Below, one piece after another: positions 31,323 to 41,521 of a stretch of DNA of 64,000 nt (position 1 is its first letter; every line of letters begins with the position of its first letter). Under the pieces are notes generated by a model. It made no database searches. It was not told the DNA's origin and worked only from the letters and a program-made list of their open reading frames with translations. The translations under genes were made by a program, and so were the position numbers. Source of the stretch: an uncultured Gemmataceae bacterium (lineage in GTDB: Bacteria; Planctomycetota; Planctomycetia; Gemmatales; Gemmataceae); NCBI GenBank assembly GCA_963750165.1, contig CAVVPN010000012.1, forward strand, positions 480,001 through 544,000, in the 5' to 3' direction.

Positions 31323-32339
31323 ATGCGCAGGTCGTTCGTGATGCTGACCCTGGCAGTTCTGGTAGGCTGCACGAAAACGGACAGGGAGCCGCCCGCCGAC
31401 TCCGGCTCCGACGCGCTCACCGCGGCGAGTGAAACTGGCTACGACCGCCTGACCGCCCTGTCCGACGTACTGGAACGCGACCCCGGCAATGAGACCGCCC
31501 TGTGCCAGCGTGCCGAGGTGTTCTCCCAGACCGGCGACTTCCAGGCGGCCATCGCGGACTACACGGCGGCGCTGAAGGTGGCGCCGAAGGCCCGGACGTT
31601 CTTCGGTCGCGGCGTGCAGTACAACGCCCTGGGCGACCGCGAGGCGGCGCTGCGCGACTTCACCGAGGCCATCCGCCTTGAGCCGAAAGAAGCAATCTTT
31701 TTCTTCCATCGCGGCAACACGCACCGCGAGGAGGGCAACACGGCGGAGGCGCTGGCGGACCTGAATGAAGCGGTGCGGCTGGCGCCGCAGAGCGCGACCA
31801 TGCTGGTGTCGCGCGGCGTGGTGTACCTGGGCGATGGCCGGATGGACCTGGCGATGGCGGACTTCGAGGCGGCGGCGCAACTGGACCCGCGCAGCGGCGA
31901 GGCGCACCTGAACCGTGGTTGCGTCCACAACGCGCGCTCGGAGTATCACGCGGCGGTGGCGGCCTTCAGTGCGGCGATCAAGTACACCGACAGTCCCGCC
32001 CTGGCGTACTGCAATCGCGGCAGCGCCTACTGCAAGCTGGAGAAGTACGACGAGGCGCTGGCGGACCTGGAGGTGGCCATCCGGCTGGCGCCGCAGAACG
32101 CGCAGGCGTACAACACCCGCGGCACCGTCTTCGGCGAGAAGGGCCAGCACGAGCGCGCCCTGGCGGATTTCACGAAGGCGATCGAGCTGAACCCGGAGTT
32201 CGCGACGGCGCTGCGTAACCGCGGCCACACGTACCACCACCTCGGTGACACCGACCGGGCGCAGGCGGACTACAGCGCGTCCATGCGGCTGGACCCAAGC
32301 GGCGCCGGCCTGGTGCCGCTGCGGTATAGCAAGCAGTAA
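31323..32339 (+). CDS. TPR-repeat lipoprotein
   Basis: LVGC lipobox; tandem 34-aa repeats (NRG...A.AD...AI.L.P). Confidence 0.9.
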   Translation: MRRSFVMLTLAVLVGCTKTDREPPADSGSDALTAASETGYDRLTALSDVLERDPGNETALCQRAEVFSQTGDFQAAIADYTAALKVAPKARTFFGRGVQYNALGDREAALRDFTEAIRLEPKEAIFFFHRGNTHREEGNTAEALADLNEAVRLAPQSATMLVSRGVVYLGDGRMDLAMADFEAAAQLDPRSGEAHLNRGCVHNARSEYHAAVAAFSAAIKYTDSPALAYCNRGSAYCKLEKYDEALADLEVAIRLAPQNAQAYNTRGTVFGEKGQHERALADFTKAIELNPEFATALRNRGHTYHHLGDTDRAQADYSASMRLDPSGAGLVPLRYSKQ

Positions 32340-32547
32340 GCGCCTGGCCCGGATGATTCACCGCAGAGAACGCGGAGAACGCGGAGAGAAGACCAAGGAA
32401 TTGATCCACAGATGCCACAGCTGACACAGATAAAGACCTTTGAATTGGTCTTTATCTGTGTCAGCTGTGGATCCTTTTTTCTCTGCGCGGACGCTGCCCC
32501 GCGCGAGATGTAAACGGGATGAAATTGCGCTCCGGCCGAAATTTCCG

Positions 32548-32576
32548 TTGCATTTCTTGCCGGCATCCTTTAAGTT
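32548..32576 (+). promoter_or_regulatory. Putative promoter of leu leader
   Basis: TTGCAT-N17-TAAGTT. Confidence 0.45.
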
Positions 32577-32612
32577 TTAACCATCCTTATTATTGGATGC
32601 AGGGCAGGTTCC

Positions 32613-32675
32613 ATGCAGTTCTTGAGGATGTTACTACTGGACCTTTCGCTTCCTCCCCAGGGGAATGGGTCCTAG
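32613..32675 (+). CDS. Leucine-rich leader peptide MQFLRMLLLDLSLPPQGNGS
   Basis: 6 Leu in 20 codons, including consecutive TTA CTA CTG; upstream of leuA and a terminator. Confidence 0.8.
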   Translation: MQFLRMLLLDLSLPPQGNGS

Positions 32676-32715
32676 GTACGCCGTCAGCTGCCACGGCAGG
32701 ATGATCGCTAATACC

Positions 32716-32746
32716 AACCCTGGGACCGCCGGTTCCAGGGTTTTTT
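32716..32746 (+). terminator. Attenuator terminator hairpin
   Basis: AACCCTGGGACC-GCC-GGTTCCAGGGTT followed by T-run. Confidence 0.8.
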
Positions 32747-32828
32747 CGTTATCGGATTGGTTTTCTGCCGTTGGCGGCCTGGCGGAAGAGCGCCAGGCCG
32801 CCAGCGACAACACGAGAGGGGTTGCACG

Positions 32829-34443
32829 ATGAGCCAGGACCGTCTGATCATTTTCGACACGACGCTGCGCGACGGCGAACAATCGCCCGGGGCGAGCATG
32901 AATCTCGCCGAGAAGCTGGAGATCGCGCAGCGCGCTGCGCGATCTGGGCGTCGATGTGATCGAGGCCGGCTTCCCCATCGCGTCGCCGGGCGACTTCGAG
33001 GCGGTGCAGGCCGTCGCGCGGGCGGTGCAGGGCCCGGTCATCTGCGGCCTGGCCCGCTGCCACGATGACGACATCGACCGCGCGGGGGCCGCTCTGGTGG
33101 ACGCGCCGCGCAAGCGCATCCACGTCTTCCTGGCCACCAGCGCCATCCACCGCGAGTTCAAGCTGCACATGGCCAAGGACGAAATCCTGCGCCGGGCGGT
33201 GGCCGGCGTCGAGCGCGCCCGCGGTTACACCGATGACGTGGAGTTCTCGCCGGAGGACGCCGCCCGCACCGAGCTGGACTTTCTGGCCGAGGTCGTCGAG
33301 CGCGTGATCGCGGCGGGCGCCACCACGGTCAACATCCCGGACACGGTGGGTTACGCGGTGCCGGAGCAGTACGCCGCCGCCATCCGCCATCTGCGCACCC
33401 ACGTCGCCAACATCGACAGGGCGGTCATCAGCGTCCACTGCCACGACGACCTGGGCCTGGCGGTCGCCAACAGCCTGGCGGCCCTGCACGAGGGGGCGCG
33501 GCAGGTGGAGTGTACGATCAACGGCATCGGCGAGCGGGCCGGCAACTGCGCCCTGGAAGAAGTGGTCATGGCCGTCCGGACGCGAGCCGACTACTTCCGG
33601 CTGGAGACGGGCATCAACACGAAGCGGCTGTACCCGACGAGCCGGCTGCTGTCGCACATCACCGGTCTGCAGGTGCAGCGCAACAAGGCCATCGTTGGAC
33701 AGAACGCCTTCGCGCACGAGGCGGGCATCCACCAGGACGGCATGCTCAAGGAGCGGCGCACCTACGAGATCATGCATCCGGAGGACATCGGCCTGTTGCG
33801 CACGCAACTGGTCCTGGGCAAGCACAGCGGCCGGCACGCGCTGCGGCAGCGCATCCGCGAACTGGGCTACCACCTCGACGAGCAGCAGCTGCAGCGCGTC
33901 TTCGAGAACTTCAAGGCGCTGGCGGACCGCAAGAAAGAGGTGTACGACGCGGACATCGAGGCGCTGGCGGAGACGCAGATCCACAACGGGCCGGCGCTGT
34001 GGACGCTGGAGGCGATCACCTGCAACGCCGGCTCGGCGACGATCCCATCGGCGGTGGTGTGTCTGTGGCACAACGAGGGCCGGGTACACCGCGAGTCGGC
34101 CATCGGCGACGGCCCGGTGGACGCGGTGTTCAAGGCGATCGAGCGCATCACCGGTATCGAGGTGGAACTGCGCAACTACAGCGTCCGCAGCGTCACCGTG
34201 GGCGAGGACGCCCAGGGCGAGGCGCACGTGGAGGTGGCGTACAAGGGCAAGGTGTTCACGGGCCGGGCGGTGAGCACGGACGTGATCGAGGCCAGTGCGC
34301 TGGCGCTGCTGCAGGTGATTAACCGCATCGCAATGCGGAACTCGGCCGGCGAGCGCATCCGCTGGAGCGACGCGCCGCCGCTGGCGCCCGAGGCGGCGGC
34401 CGGGCAGACGCCGGCGCAGCCGGAGGCGATGGCGGCTAGCTGA
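32829..34443 (+). CDS. leuA: 2-isopropylmalate synthase; apparent frameshift near 32930
   Basis: [43 protein letters not shown] and regulatory domain. Confidence 0.95.
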
Positions 34444-34520
34444 GCGGCCGGGGTTTCGCGCATGGCCGCTTGCGGCGGTAGAATGGTGGCGGGGCAGTGT
34501 CGGCGCACAGGAGAGCTACC

Positions 34521-34856
34521 ATGCACGTCGAATACAGTGATCGGGTGAAGCAGCGGGGCGAAGATTTTGTCCTGCTACAACAGGCGACGAACAGCCTGGA
34601 AGAAGTCCTGGGGCCGCGGAACGCGGACAAGGTGAAGGCGGTTTGGGACCGATCCGAAGAAAACCAGGGAACCGGGCGTTACACGCTCTGGATTTCTGAT
34701 GGTTCCGATTCGGCCACCCGCTCATTTGATACGGACGAACTGACCTGGTCCTCTTATTTGAAGAGCCGCCTGGGTCTTCTGTGGGACGACATTCTTCGGC
34801 AGAGAGGCGAACGGCACTTTCAAAGGATTCTGGAAATGGACGCAACGGAGCCCTGA
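34521..34856 (+). CDS. Hypothetical protein
   Basis: GGAG RBS; lower-GC ORF immediately followed by next ORF. Confidence 0.6.
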   Translation: MHVEYSDRVKQRGEDFVLLQQATNSLEEVLGPRNADKVKAVWDRSEENQGTGRYTLWISDGSDSATRSFDTDELTWSSYLKSRLGLLWDDILRQRGERHFQRILEMDATEP

Positions 34857-34857
34857 C

Positions 34858-35172
34858 ATGGCCTTGGGAGACAAGGTTGAGGAGTTACAAAAGGATGTTG
34901 CCACTCTTTGGGAGCGACTGGACACCGCAGTAAAAACCCTGGGTGGGGTGATCGACACCCAACGTCGGCTCGCCGACATGCTGCGGGATGTCGAAAAAGA
35001 GAGCGCCTTGCTGAAGCGCGAGGTCGAGGAACTCCGAAAGTGGAAGGACGATCAGAAGAAGCGTGATGAAGAATTTAGCCGGAGGCTGTGGGCGTTCGGG
35101 CCAAACCTCCTCGGCGAAATCGTAGGCGGCCTCATTGCCGCCGCCGTGACTTATTTCATTGCGCGCCGTTGA
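34858..35172 (+). CDS. Hypothetical coiled-coil protein with C-terminal TM helix
   Basis: Heptad pattern then hydrophobic tail. Confidence 0.6.
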   Translation: MALGDKVEELQKDVATLWERLDTAVKTLGGVIDTQRRLADMLRDVEKESALLKREVEELRKWKDDQKKRDEEFSRRLWAFGPNLLGEIVGGLIAAAVTYFIARR

Positions 35173-35199
35173 GGAGATTGACCAGCATCGGCCGATGCG

Positions 35200-35787
35200 A
35201 TGGTGATGATTTTGGGACCGTTTTCCCTTGATCGAATGGTGCGTGCCGCGGAACGAGTCCGCGAACGCTTGTTGCGCGCCACCGCCGCGCTGGAGGCGGC
35301 CCAGGTTCCTTACGCCGTGGTCGGCGGCAACGCGGTCGCGGCGTGGGTGTCCCGGGTCGATGAATCCGCCGTCCGGAACACGCAGGACGTGGACATTCTG
35401 ATCCGGCGTGCTGACCTCGACGCCGTGAAAGCCGCGCTCGAAAGCGTCGGCTTTGTCTACCGTCACGCCGCCGGAATCGACTTGTTTCTGGATGGCCCGG
35501 ATGCCAGGGCCCGCGACGCTGTGCATGTGGTGTTCTCGGGGGAGAAGGTTCGGGAGGAGGAGCCGTTGCCGAACCCGGAGGTGACCGAAAGCGAGTCGGC
35601 CGGGGCGTACAAGATTTTGAGCTTGCGGGCTCTGGTGCAGATTAAATTGACGGCCTTCCGCGACAAGGACCGGACGCATTTGCGTGATCTCCTGGAGGTT
35701 GGGCTGATCGACGCCAACTGGGGCCGACATTACCCCCCGGAACTGGCGACGCGATTACAAACATTAGTGGACACTCCGGGTGGATGA
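35200..35787 (+). CDS. Nucleotidyltransferase-fold protein
   Basis: YAVVGGNAV...NTQDVDIL and late K...R.KD..H motifs. Confidence 0.75.
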   Translation: MVMILGPFSLDRMVRAAERVRERLLRATAALEAAQVPYAVVGGNAVAAWVSRVDESAVRNTQDVDILIRRADLDAVKAALESVGFVYRHAAGIDLFLDGPDARARDAVHVVFSGEKVREEEPLPNPEVTESESAGAYKILSLRALVQIKLTAFRDKDRTHLRDLLEVGLIDANWGRHYPPELATRLQTLVDTPGG

Positions 35788-35869
35788 TGGTTTAGGCGAC
35801 GACCTTGTCATAAGCGGTTTCGATTAACCGGGCTCAACGGCCTGACAGTAGCAAGCCAGGAGTGGAACC

Positions 35870-36991
35870 ATGTTAATGTTTTTGCGTCCCGCCCTCGTTC
35901 CCTTCGTGCTCGTCTTACTCGCAACGCTATCGGCGGCCCAGGCCCGCGCCGACGACTGGAGCCCGAAGGCCGCCGCCACCTACCTCGATGGCCGCGCCGA
36001 CTACTGGCTCAAATGGTCCGGCGCCGCCCGCGGTCAGGGCACGGCCTGCATCTCCTGTCACACCACCTTGCCTTACGCCCTGGCGCGGCCGGCGCTCGGC
36101 GTCCGCCTCGGCGAAACCACGCCGGGCGCCGTCGAGCAGCGCTTCCTCGACAACGTGAAGAAGCGCGTCGCTAACTGGGACAAAATCGTTGCCGACGCTA
36201 CCGCCGACAAGAACCCCTTCGTGCCCTTCTATCCCAAGGAACGCAAGCCGTCGGCGCTCGGCACGGAAGCCGTGTTGAACGCGCTGGTCCTGGTCAACCA
36301 CGACGCCCGGCGGAACAAGCTCGTCCTGAGCGCGGCCACAAAACAAGCGCTGAACCAACTCTGGCCACAGCAGCAGGCAAACGGGGCCTGGCGCTGGCTC
36401 GACTTCGGACTGAAACCGTGGGAACAACAGGACTCGTCCTACTTCGGCGCTTCCCTGGCGGCGCTCGCGGTGGGCACGGCCGGCAAGGACTACTACGAAC
36501 ACACCGCCGTGCAGCCGAAGGTCGCCGCGCTGAAGCAGTATCTCAAGGCGCAATTCCCGCAGCAACCGCTGCACCATCGTGTAACGGCTCTGTGGGCGGC
36601 GTCGCGGTTGCCGGGCATTCTGGATGAGGTCGATCGGCAGAAACTCATCGATGAACTCCTGAAACTCCAGGAGGCTGACGGCGGCTGGAGCCTGCCGAAA
36701 CTGGGCAGGACCGCGAAAGGCCCCGGCAACTGGAAGTCGCACGGCGTCCACCCGGAAGGGGCGGTCAGCGACGGCTACGCCACGGGACTGGTCATGCTGG
36801 CGTTGAAGCGCGCCGGCGTCGCGGCGGACCACCCGAAGCTCCGCAAGGCCGTGGGCTGGCTGACCACGAACCAGCGCGACGGCACCTGGCCGGCGAATTA
36901 TCCGAATCGGCCGCGCGACCCGCAAACCAACGTCGGCCGGTTCCTGCGCGACGCGGCGACGGGGTTCGCCATCCTGGCCCTGTGCGAGTGA
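35870..36991 (+). CDS. Exported prenyltransferase/squalene-cyclase-repeat (alpha/alpha barrel) protein with CxxCH
   Basis: Signal peptide, CISCH, QW-like repeats QQANGAW, QEADGGW and QRDGTW. Confidence 0.75.
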   Translation: MLMFLRPALVPFVLVLLATLSAAQARADDWSPKAAATYLDGRADYWLKWSGAARGQGTACISCHTTLPYALARPALGVRLGETTPGAVEQRFLDNVKKRVANWDKIVADATADKNPFVPFYPKERKPSALGTEAVLNALVLVNHDARRNKLVLSAATKQALNQLWPQQQANGAWRWLDFGLKPWEQQDSSYFGASLAALAVGTAGKDYYEHTAVQPKVAALKQYLKAQFPQQPLHHRVTALWAASRLPGILDEVDRQKLIDELLKLQEADGGWSLPKLGRTAKGPGNWKSHGVHPEGAVSDGYATGLVMLALKRAGVAADHPKLRKAVGWLTTNQRDGTWPANYPNRPRDPQTNVGRFLRDAATGFAILALCE

Positions 36992-37007
36992 AATTCCCGG
37001 AGGATTC

Positions 37008-37475
37008 ATGGCGGAATATCAAATCCACGTGCAGCCGGTGGCCGCGCAGCCGACCGCGGTGGTGCGCCGCCGCGCCCACCTCGACGAACTGAAGACGGTG
37101 GTCCCCCATGCTTGCGGCGAAGTCTGGGAGTACTTCCGCGCCAACCAACTGCCGCGGCCGGGGCGGCACGTGGCCCTGTACCTGGACGGCGAGATAAACC
37201 TGGAGGTCGGCGTCGAGGTGGCGCAGCCCATTGCTGGCGACAGCAACGTGGTCAATTCGTGTACACCGGCCGGCCCGGTCGCCACGACGGAGCACCTGGG
37301 GCCGTACGACCGCCTTGGGGATGCCCACGCCGCCATCTGTCGCTGGTGCGTCGAACACGGCCACACGCTGGCCGGGCCGAACTGGGAGGTGTACGGTCAC
37401 GGGTGCGACGACCCCACCCAGCTCCGCACCGATGTGTATTATCTCCTGGGCAACACCACTGAGCCGGCCGGTTAG
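37008..37475 (+). CDS. GyrI-like small-molecule-binding domain protein
   Basis: HLGPYDRL..AH.AI..W and GPNWEVY. Confidence 0.85.
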   Translation: MAEYQIHVQPVAAQPTAVVRRRAHLDELKTVVPHACGEVWEYFRANQLPRPGRHVALYLDGEINLEVGVEVAQPIAGDSNVVNSCTPAGPVATTEHLGPYDRLGDAHAAICRWCVEHGHTLAGPNWEVYGHGCDDPTQLRTDVYYLLGNTTEPAG

Positions 37476-37539
37476 CGCGGCATCGGCGCGGCGGCCGAGT
37501 TTCCCTGGACGCGCGCCCCAAGCAGGAAAGGAATGTCCC

Positions 37540-38418
37540 ATGTCCGCCAGCCAGCCTGAACCGGCGCCGAATCCGCTCACGCCACCGCCGACGCCCATCA
37601 CCGTGCGCAGCCACGGCCTGACCGACCGCGGCCGCGTTCGCCCCACCAACGAGGACCACTTCCTCATCGCCGAGCTGGCCCGCACGCTCTTCGTCCGCCA
37701 GACCAGCCTTCCCCAGCCGGACACCCAGTTCGGCCGCAACCGCGGTCACATCCTCATGATCGCCGACGGCATGGGCGGCCACCAGGCCGGCGAGGTCGCC
37801 AGCGCCCTGACCCTGGCGTCCATCGAGGCCTTCATCCTGCACTTGCTGCGGCGCTTCTCCAACCTGCAGGTGAACGACGAGCAGACCGTCCTCTTGGATT
37901 TTCAGCGGGCCCTGCGGCAAGCCGACGAACGCCTGGCCGAGGAGTCCGCCCATCATCCGGAGTTTGCCGGCATGGGCACGACGCTGACGCTGGCCTTCGT
38001 CAGCGGCTGGAAGCTGTTCCTGGTACACGCCGGCGACAGCCGTTGTTACCTGTACCGCGGCGACCGGCTGCAGCAGTTGACCGTGGACCACACGGTCGCG
38101 GGCGAACTGGCGCGGCGTGGCGTCATCCAGCCGGAGCAGGTCGGCCACCACCAGTTCCGCCATGTGGTCACGAACGTGCTCGGCGGCGGCCACGCCGGTG
38201 TTCAGGCCGATGTCCAGTGCGTGGACCTGGAGGCCAACGACGTGCTGCTGCTCTGCTCCGACGGCCTCTCGGACATGGTGCCGGACGAACAGATTGCGGA
38301 CATTCTTGGACGCCAGTCGGACCCACGGATAGCATGCGAACATCTGGTGGCGGCGGCCAACGCCAACGGCGGCCGGGACAACATCACGGCGGTGGTCGCC
38401 TGGTTCGGCGCCTTTTGA
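37540..38418 (+). CDS. PP2C-family Ser/Thr phosphatase
   Basis: NED, ADGMGG, GDSR, CSDGL and GGRDNIT. Confidence 0.95.
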   Translation: MSASQPEPAPNPLTPPPTPITVRSHGLTDRGRVRPTNEDHFLIAELARTLFVRQTSLPQPDTQFGRNRGHILMIADGMGGHQAGEVASALTLASIEAFILHLLRRFSNLQVNDEQTVLLDFQRALRQADERLAEESAHHPEFAGMGTTLTLAFVSGWKLFLVHAGDSRCYLYRGDRLQQLTVDHTVAGELARRGVIQPEQVGHHQFRHVVTNVLGGGHAGVQADVQCVDLEANDVLLLCSDGLSDMVPDEQIADILGRQSDPRIACEHLVAAANANGGRDNITAVVAWFGAF

Positions 38419-38468
38419 CTGACAGTTTTTGACACTGGCGTTGCGTCAGCCATAGAAGACGCTTGATG

Positions 38469-38732
38469 ATGGGTATCCGAATGCGCCTGCACGACGGTGA
38501 GCCGCTCGCGCAGGCTTTGCGGCGGTTCAAGAAACTGGTGGCGAATCAAGTCTGGGAACAGCGGTGGCACGTTCACTTCGTCCCCGCAACCAGGCTCCGG
38601 CGAGCGAAGCGCTTCAAGAAGCGGTTCAAGGCGCGGCGTGCCACCTTGCTGGCCCAGCAGGCGGGAGAGCAACCGGTCGCGTCGCTGGCCGAGGCCGAGG
38701 CGGAATTCTGGCGACGCACCGGCAAGCCGTGA
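38469..38732 (+). CDS. rpsU: Divergent ribosomal protein bS21-like protein with C-terminal extension
   Basis: GEPLAQALRRFKK...HF.P...RRAKR pattern. Confidence 0.6.
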   Translation: MGIRMRLHDGEPLAQALRRFKKLVANQVWEQRWHVHFVPATRLRRAKRFKKRFKARRATLLAQQAGEQPVASLAEAEAEFWRRTGKP

Positions 38733-38738
38733 ATGCGG

Positions 38739-39185
38739 TCAGTTCAGCGCCGCCACACGCAGCGCCCGAACGGTCCCGGAGTCGCCGACGGCCCGGTCCC
38801 AGTCCTGCTCCGTCCGGGCCGCACGCTCGGCCAGCTGGCGGCGCTGGCGGGCGGTGACGCGCAGGCCGGCGACCCAGGGCCGCAACCGCCGCTCCACTGC
38901 GGCCCGGTCGCTCCGCGGCGTGAAGGCGGCGGCGACCGTCAGCGCCGCCCGGTGAACGATTTGAGCCAGGACGCTGTCCGGCGGCGAGCCGCCCAGGCGC
39001 GTCCGCCGCTCCCAGCAGGACGCGCGCTCCAGCGCGTCGGTCAACTGCCGCCACAGCGCCAACTCCAGCGCCACGGAATCGCCGTGGACGCCCGCCTGGG
39101 TCAGGCCCGCCAGGGCAAAGTCCGTTAATTCGGCAGCCAGGTCACTATCGCGGCGATCCATTTCAGTTCGTGTCACGGCAACCAT
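38739..39185 (-). CDS. Hypothetical protein
   Basis: GGAG RBS; preceded by TGTAAG-N15-CGGTATT motif. Confidence 0.6.
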   Translation of the reverse strand: MVAVTRTEMDRRDSDLAAELTDFALAGLTQAGVHGDSVALELALWRQLTDALERASCWERRTRLGGSPPDSVLAQIVHRAALTVAAAFTPRSDRAAVERRLRPWVAGLRVTARQRRQLAERAARTEQDWDRAVGDSGTVRALRVAALN

Positions 39186-39240
39186 CTGCACTTCTCCGGT
39201 GGTGGGCGAAGGTCATCGTTGCGACTGTCTTCCCCCAGGA

Positions 39241-39268
39241 AATACCGGCGTGCAGGTCGATCCTTACA
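39241..39268 (-). promoter_or_regulatory. Candidate ECF sigma promoter, copy 1
   Basis: TGTAAG-N15-CGGTATT, same boxes and spacing as 43043-43070. Confidence 0.6.
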
Positions 39269-39287
39269 AAAAAACGCTGGCGATCCG

Positions 39288-41518
39288 TCAGGGCCGGGCG
39301 TTCCACAACCGCACCGTGCCGTCACGGCCGCCGCTCGCCAGGGTGGCGCCGTCGCGCGCGAACGTCACCGCGTACACCGTCGCCGTGTGGCCGCGCAGCG
39401 TCCGCAGCTCGCGGTGGGCGCGCACGTCCCACAGCTTGACCGTCTGGTCCTCGCTGCCCGACGCCAGTGTCCGGCCGTCCGGTGCGAACGCCACCGCCCA
39501 CACGTCCTGGCCGTGGCCCGCCAGCGTTGCCAGCGTCTTGCCGGTGGCGGCGTCCCACAGCCGTACCGTCCGGTCCCAACCGCCGGTCGCCACCGTGCGG
39601 TTGTCCGACGAGAACGCCACCGTGTAGACGCCGCCTGAATGGCCTGCCAGCGTCACCTGTTCCTGACCGCTGGCCACGTCCCACAGTTTCACCGTCTTGT
39701 CGCCGCTGGCCGACGCCACCGTCTTGCCGTCCGGCGCGAACACCACCGCCATGACCACGCCGCGGTGCTCGCCGAGCACGCGCTTGCTCTGCGCCGCCAC
39801 ATCCCACAGGATCACGCGACCGTTGCGAGAGCCGGTCACCAGCGTCTTGCCGTCCGGCGCGAACGTCAGCGGCCGCACCGCTGTCTCGTGCTCCAGCACG
39901 CCGAGCGGGCGCAGGTGCCGGCCTCCCACAACTTCACCTTGCCGTCGTCGCTGGCGGTCGCCAGTGTCTTGCCGTCCGGCGTGAATGCGACCGACCACAC
40001 CGGGCCGTTGTGGGCGTTCAACGTCGCTCGCACGCGCTCCGCCTGCACGTCCCAGACCTTCACCGTGCCGTCGTCCAGTGCCATCGCCAGCGTCGCGCCG
40101 TCCGGCGCGAAGGCCGTCGCCCAGATCGGCCCCGTCTGGGCGTTGAGCGTCGCCAGCGGCCGCGGCCCGACGGCCTCGCTCTCAACCTGCGCCTGGGGCG
40201 GCGCGACCGGCGCCAGCAAGTGCGTGAGCCCGGTCAGTTCGGTAACCGTCAGCGCCGCCAGGCACAGCCAGAACGCGACGCCGGAGAGGAGCCAGAAGAC
40301 TTGCCAGCCGCGACGGGCGGCCGGCTGCCGGCCGGTGCGGCGCGGCGTCACAGCTGGCGCGAGTTGCGGGCAGTGATGCAACCGGCGGGCCAGCACCTCG
40401 GCGACCTCGGCCGCGGACTGGAAGCGGTCGGCGGGGTTCTTGGCCAGCAGGCGGTCGATGACCTCGCTGAGCCAGTCGGGGATGTCCGGGTTGACCTGCT
40501 GAATCGGCTCCGGCACCTGCTCGGTGACCTGGCGCAGCACCAGAAACGGCGTGCTGCCCTGGAACGGCGGTTTGCCGGTACACATCGCGTACAGCACGCT
40601 GCCCAGACTGAACAGGTCGGTGCGGTGGTCCAGCGCCTCGCCGCGTGCCTGCTCCGGCGCCATGTACAGCGGCGTGCCGGCGACGAAGCCGGTCTGCGTC
40701 AACTTCACGTCCTCGGCGGCGCGGGCCAGGCCGAAGTCCGTCAGTTTGACACGCTCCAGGTCATGCTCGATGAGAATGTTGGCCGGCTTGATGTCGCGGT
40801 GGACCAGGCCGTGTTGGTGCGCCGCCGACAGCCCCGCCGCGGTCTGCATGCCGATGCGGACGATCTCGCGCAGCGGCAGTTTGCCGTCACGGTCCAGCCG
40901 CTCTTGCAGCGACTCGCCGGAGACGAGCTGCATCACCAGGAACGGCAGCCCCTTGTCATCCTCCTCAACCTGATGGATGGCGACGACGTGCTCATGCGTG
41001 ATGGTGGCCGCGGCGCGGGCCTCGCGGCAAAAGCGCTTGTGGGCCAGCTCGTCGTCGGCCAGCTGCGGGTCGAGAACCTTCAGCGCGACGTAGCGCTGCA
41101 AGCAGGGATCGAAGCCGCGCAGCACCACGCCCATGCCGCCGCGGCCGATGACCTCGGTGACGTGGAAATGGCCGAGCCGGCCCAGATAGCCGGGCTCCTC
41201 CGGCGGTCCCAGGAAGTCGAGCGACAGATCGCTGTGCGTGTCCGCGCTGCCCGGCGTGTGCAGCAGGGTGACGACCTCGTTCTCCAGCTTCTGCAACGCC
41301 GGCCAGTAGGCGGAATCGGACGGCGGCTGGAGACGCTCCAGCGGTTGCAGGATGGTGGGCAACCGCAGATCACCGGCGGCCAACGCCTCCAGGGCCTGCT
41401 GACACGAACTGCACTCGTCCAGGTGGGCGGTCATCTCCTGCAGCGCGCGCGGCGACAGCTGGCCGGCCAGGAGTTCCTGGAGCTGATCCGGATTGGGACA
41501 GATGGCCTGGCGGGACAT
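39288..41518 (-). CDS. Ser/Thr kinase with N-terminal anti-sigma-type Zn finger, TM helix and WD40 repeats; apparent frameshift near 39910
   Basis: HLDECSSC, GRGGMG, HRDIKPAN, DFG, YMAPE and repeated GH...AFAPDG...WD. Confidence 0.92.
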
Positions 41519-41521
41519 GGC

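Noticed and set aside
35870..36991. Functional squalene-hopene cyclase
   Set aside because: Too short, single barrel, exported and lacks DxDD
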